This document shows positions 61,609-64,000 of a stretch of 64,000 nt of DNA, piece after piece. The stretch is from an uncultured Verrucomicrobiae bacterium (GTDB lineage: Bacteria > Verrucomicrobiota > Verrucomicrobiia > Chthoniobacterales > Chthoniobacteraceae). A program made the translations under genes and the position numbers. Location of the stretch: NCBI GenBank assembly GCA_963836755.1, contig CAWIKF010000002.1:1280001-1344000 (forward strand), given 5' to 3'. The notes under the pieces are model-generated. The model saw only the letters and a list, made by a program, of their open reading frames with translations. It was not told the DNA's origin and did not search any database. The stretch's first letter is position 1. Each line of letters begins with the position of its first letter.

Positions 61609-62418
61609 ATGAACACCGAAGACCATACCAAACACACACACACCTCCCGCAGCATCGACCTCCGCCCCATCGGCGCCGTGGCTCTCGCCATCGCCATCGT
61701 CTGGTCCACGGCCATTGCTGCCGGTGCTTGGCGCGAAGTCCGCAAACGCCCGGAAAGGCACAACATCCGCGTCACGGGCTCGGCCAAGAAGCGGATCGTC
61801 TCCGACCTCATCCAATGGGAGGCAATCATTGAGGGTCGCGCACCTGAGCGCACTGCTGCTTACAGGACGCTGCGTGAGGGCCGTGACAAGGCAGTGGCGT
61901 TCCTTCTCGCCCAAGGCATCAAGCCCGACGAGATCCAGCCACAGTCCACCACCTTCCAGGAGGTGTTCGAGACGGTCACTGAAGACAAGGTGCTACCCGG
62001 AACCACCGTTCCCGTCCACACCGTAAAGAAGGTCTCCAACGGATTCTTGACCCGCGAGTCAATCGTAGTGCGCTCGACGGACGTGGCGCGCATCGAGAAG
62101 GCCTCGCGCGAGATCACTTCCCTGCTTGACGAAGGCGTGTCAGTGAACTCCGAGAACCCGAATTACTTCTACACGCGACTCGGAGAGCTAAAGCTCGAGA
62201 TGCTGGCATCGGCAGCCAAAGATGCCCGCGACCGCGCCGACAACATCCTTCGCTCCGCGGGCAATGCCGCCATCGGCAAGTTGGTTGTCGCCGACATGGG
62301 AATCATCAACATCAATCCCGCCAACTCCACCAGAACCTCCGAAGAAGGCAACAACGATACAACCTCTCTCGACAAAGACATCATTACTATTATTCACGCC
62401 GAGTTCGAGGTGAAGTGA
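61609..62418 (+). CDS. Cassette gene, SIMPL (DUF541) domain protein
   Basis: I.VTGSA....SD...W, K.EML..A..DA..RA, K.I......F. Confidence 0.8.
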   Translation: MNTEDHTKHTHTSRSIDLRPIGAVALAIAIVWSTAIAAGAWREVRKRPERHNIRVTGSAKKRIVSDLIQWEAIIEGRAPERTAAYRTLREGRDKAVAFLLAQGIKPDEIQPQSTTFQEVFETVTEDKVLPGTTVPVHTVKKVSNGFLTRESIVVRSTDVARIEKASREITSLLDEGVSVNSENPNYFYTRLGELKLEMLASAAKDARDRADNILRSAGNAAIGKLVVADMGIININPANSTRTSEEGNNDTTSLDKDIITIIHAEFEVK

Positions 62419-62447
62419 TCCTATCCCATGCTACAAAACTCCAAGTC

Positions 62448-62629
62448 GCCTAACCATGCGATGCAGCTAACAGGCTCCGTCCGTCACGGTAGCTGCTCCC
62501 CGCAGACCTGGCTCGCAGCCACCGCGCCGCGTTGATGAGCATTGCCATGCTCACCCTTCCGGCTGGCTTTCAGCCAATCTATCTCGCTCCGCTCGGTTCC
62601 GCCTGTAGCTGATCTTGTTTTCGTTCGGT
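62448..62629 (+). repeat. attC site (182 bp)
   Basis: GCCTAACCATGCGATGCAGCTAAC...GCCTGTAGCTGATCTTGTTTTCGTTCGGT. Confidence 0.85.
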
Positions 62630-62669
62630 CTATATGGGGCCTTGCCTTAATGTTTTTTCACTCACAACA

Positions 62670-62907
62670 GACACAAGCGTTTTCAGAAACCGACCAGTAT
62701 GAAGATCTCAAAAGCAACAACGTGCCGACGTTGATTATCCACGGTGACGCCGATCAGATCGTGCCGATCGAAAACTCGGGAAAGCTCCAGGCGAAATTGG
62801 TGAAGAACGCGCAATTGAAAATCTATGAAGGCGCTCCGCATGGCCTTTGCACGACTGACAAGGTCAAAGTAAATGACGACTTGCTTGAGTTTATCCAAAA
62901 GACCTAA
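62670..62907 (+). pseudogene. C-terminal fragment of a non-heme haloperoxidase-type alpha/beta hydrolase in a cassette
   Basis: [37 protein letters not shown]-terminal part absent. Confidence 0.8.
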
Positions 62908-62961
62908 CCAAGCGATGCAGCTAACAGGCTTCGCCTGTAGCTGATCTTGTTCTCGTCAGGC
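62902..62961 (+). repeat. attC site (60 bp)
   Basis: ACCTAACCAAGCGATGCAGCTAAC...GCCTGTAGCTGATCTTGTTCTCGTCAGGC. Confidence 0.88.
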
Positions 62962-62999
62962 CACTCTGCCGCGCGCCCGCCAGCAAAAGCATTCAAGAT

Positions 63000-63536
63000 A
63001 TGACAGCCAAAGGAGATGACCGAATTCTCGACTTCGCTGCCACTGGTATGTGGTGGGAGATTACCAAGTCTACCGCCGACACCGGCGGAGACTATTTTGA
63101 GGCCATAAATGTCATTGCGCCGGGTTTTGCCGGCCCGCCGTTGCACATTCATCCGCACGCCGAAGAGAGCTATCATGTCATGGAGGGCACGCTGGACGTG
63201 TGTGTGGGTGGTGAGTGGCGAGAGTTAGGCCCGGGTGACTCGGCGACCGTTCCAACCGGAACGGCCCACACCCTGAAGAATCCACATCCGATCGAGGCGC
63301 GGCTACGCAACGTGCATAAGCCGGCGCTCGCCTTTGAGCGTTTCTTCCGGCGGATGCATACTTTGGTTGCAGACGGCAAGCTGACGCTCCCGCCGAAGAA
63401 CTTTGGTTCGCTCATCCGTATCTCGATGCTTTTTGTGGAGCACGAGAACGAGATCAAGTCGGCCGTGCCGCCTCACGCAGTGATGGTCGCGCTGGCTTTC
63501 ATTGGGAAGCTCCTTGGATACAAGTTGCCGTCATGA
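63000..63536 (+). CDS. Cassette gene, cupin-domain protein
   Basis: PPLHIHP..EE.Y.V.EG, GD...VP.G..H...N. Confidence 0.85.
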   Translation: MTAKGDDRILDFAATGMWWEITKSTADTGGDYFEAINVIAPGFAGPPLHIHPHAEESYHVMEGTLDVCVGGEWRELGPGDSATVPTGTAHTLKNPHPIEARLRNVHKPALAFERFFRRMHTLVADGKLTLPPKNFGSLIRISMLFVEHENEIKSAVPPHAVMVALAFIGKLLGYKLPS

Positions 63537-63558
63537 GCGCCGTCATAACATCCAAGTG

Positions 63559-63688
63559 GCCTAACCATGCGCTGCAGCGAACGGCTCCGTGCGTCACGAG
63601 CCATGCTCCGCCACCTTTCCCCCAGCCACCTTCGCCCGCGCGTGGCTCGCGCCGCGCTCCGGAGTCGCTGAGCTTGGGGTCGTTAGGC
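63559..63688 (+). repeat. attC site (130 bp)
   Basis: GCCTAACCATGCGCTGCAGCGAAC...GAGTCGCTGAGCTTGGGGTCGTTAGGC. Confidence 0.9.
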
Positions 63689-63699
63689 CAGTTTCGCAT

Positions 63700-64000
63700 A
63701 TGTCGATTTCAACGCTTTTCATTCTGATCTTCGTGGTTGTCGGCCTGGGCATCGCGGCGTTTGGAGCACGCAGCCTGATTCACGCTCGCGCGAGTTCGAC
63801 ATGGCCTCACGTTCCCGGCGAGATTAAGCATTCGGAGATCAACCAAAGCTCTGACAGCGACGGCACTTCATATTCGCCACTGGTTCGCTACTCGTATTCT
63901 GTCAGCGGCCAGTCTTTCACCGGTGAACGGATCTGCTTCGGCCTCGCCAAGATGTCTGCCGGATACCAATTTGCGCAGGCCTACATCGAGCGTTATCGCG
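63700..64000 (+). CDS. Cassette gene, DUF3592-like membrane protein (runs off window)
   Basis: MSISTLFILIF...ASSTWP.V.G.I..S...Y.P.VRYSYSV.G..F. Confidence 0.75.
   Translation, partial: MSISTLFILIFVVVGLGIAAFGARSLIHARASSTWPHVPGEIKHSEINQSSDSDGTSYSPLVRYSYSVSGQSFTGERICFGLAKMSAGYQFAQAYIERYR

Overview
GC-rich bacterial chromosome segment. The gene style suggests Verrucomicrobia (inference). (1) ~0.55-20.5 kb is a composite genomic island. It starts with four integron-type gene cassettes separated by attC sites, with no integrase in the window. Next is a strong-RBS operon: RHH-like regulator, unknown protein, Cas4-like PD-(D/E)XK nuclease, two membrane proteins, WGR-ATP-dependent DNA ligase, an unannotated 57-aa histone-fold-like protein, a beta-clamp homologue with a nested coiled-coil ORF, and DUF932. 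A thiC 3' fragment and defence genes follow (DUF262+HEPN, Type ISP restriction-modification, NERD, truncated PLD nuclease). The island ends with an excisionase-like HTH, arm-type repeats and a 5' half tRNA-Val. (2) 20.7-28.4 kb is a pectin/rhamnogalacturonan locus (DUF4861, kduI, kduD, GH28-GH105 fusion, GH106). (3) Three more attC cassette clusters lie at 28.4-30.5 kb, 34.5-35.7 kb and 61-64 kb. Two of them sit behind a shared promoter/leader, and one is next to a 41-bp doubly palindromic tandem repeat. (4) The rest is housekeeping and envelope genes: glnII, AsmA-like, thyA-folA, a GT2/GT-C glycosylation cluster, ispA, rlpA, a hybrid kinase, fabF, an AddA-like helicase-nuclease and RsbW. Several single-base frameshifts probably reflect sequencing error. 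All family calls come from motif recognition by eye, not database searches.
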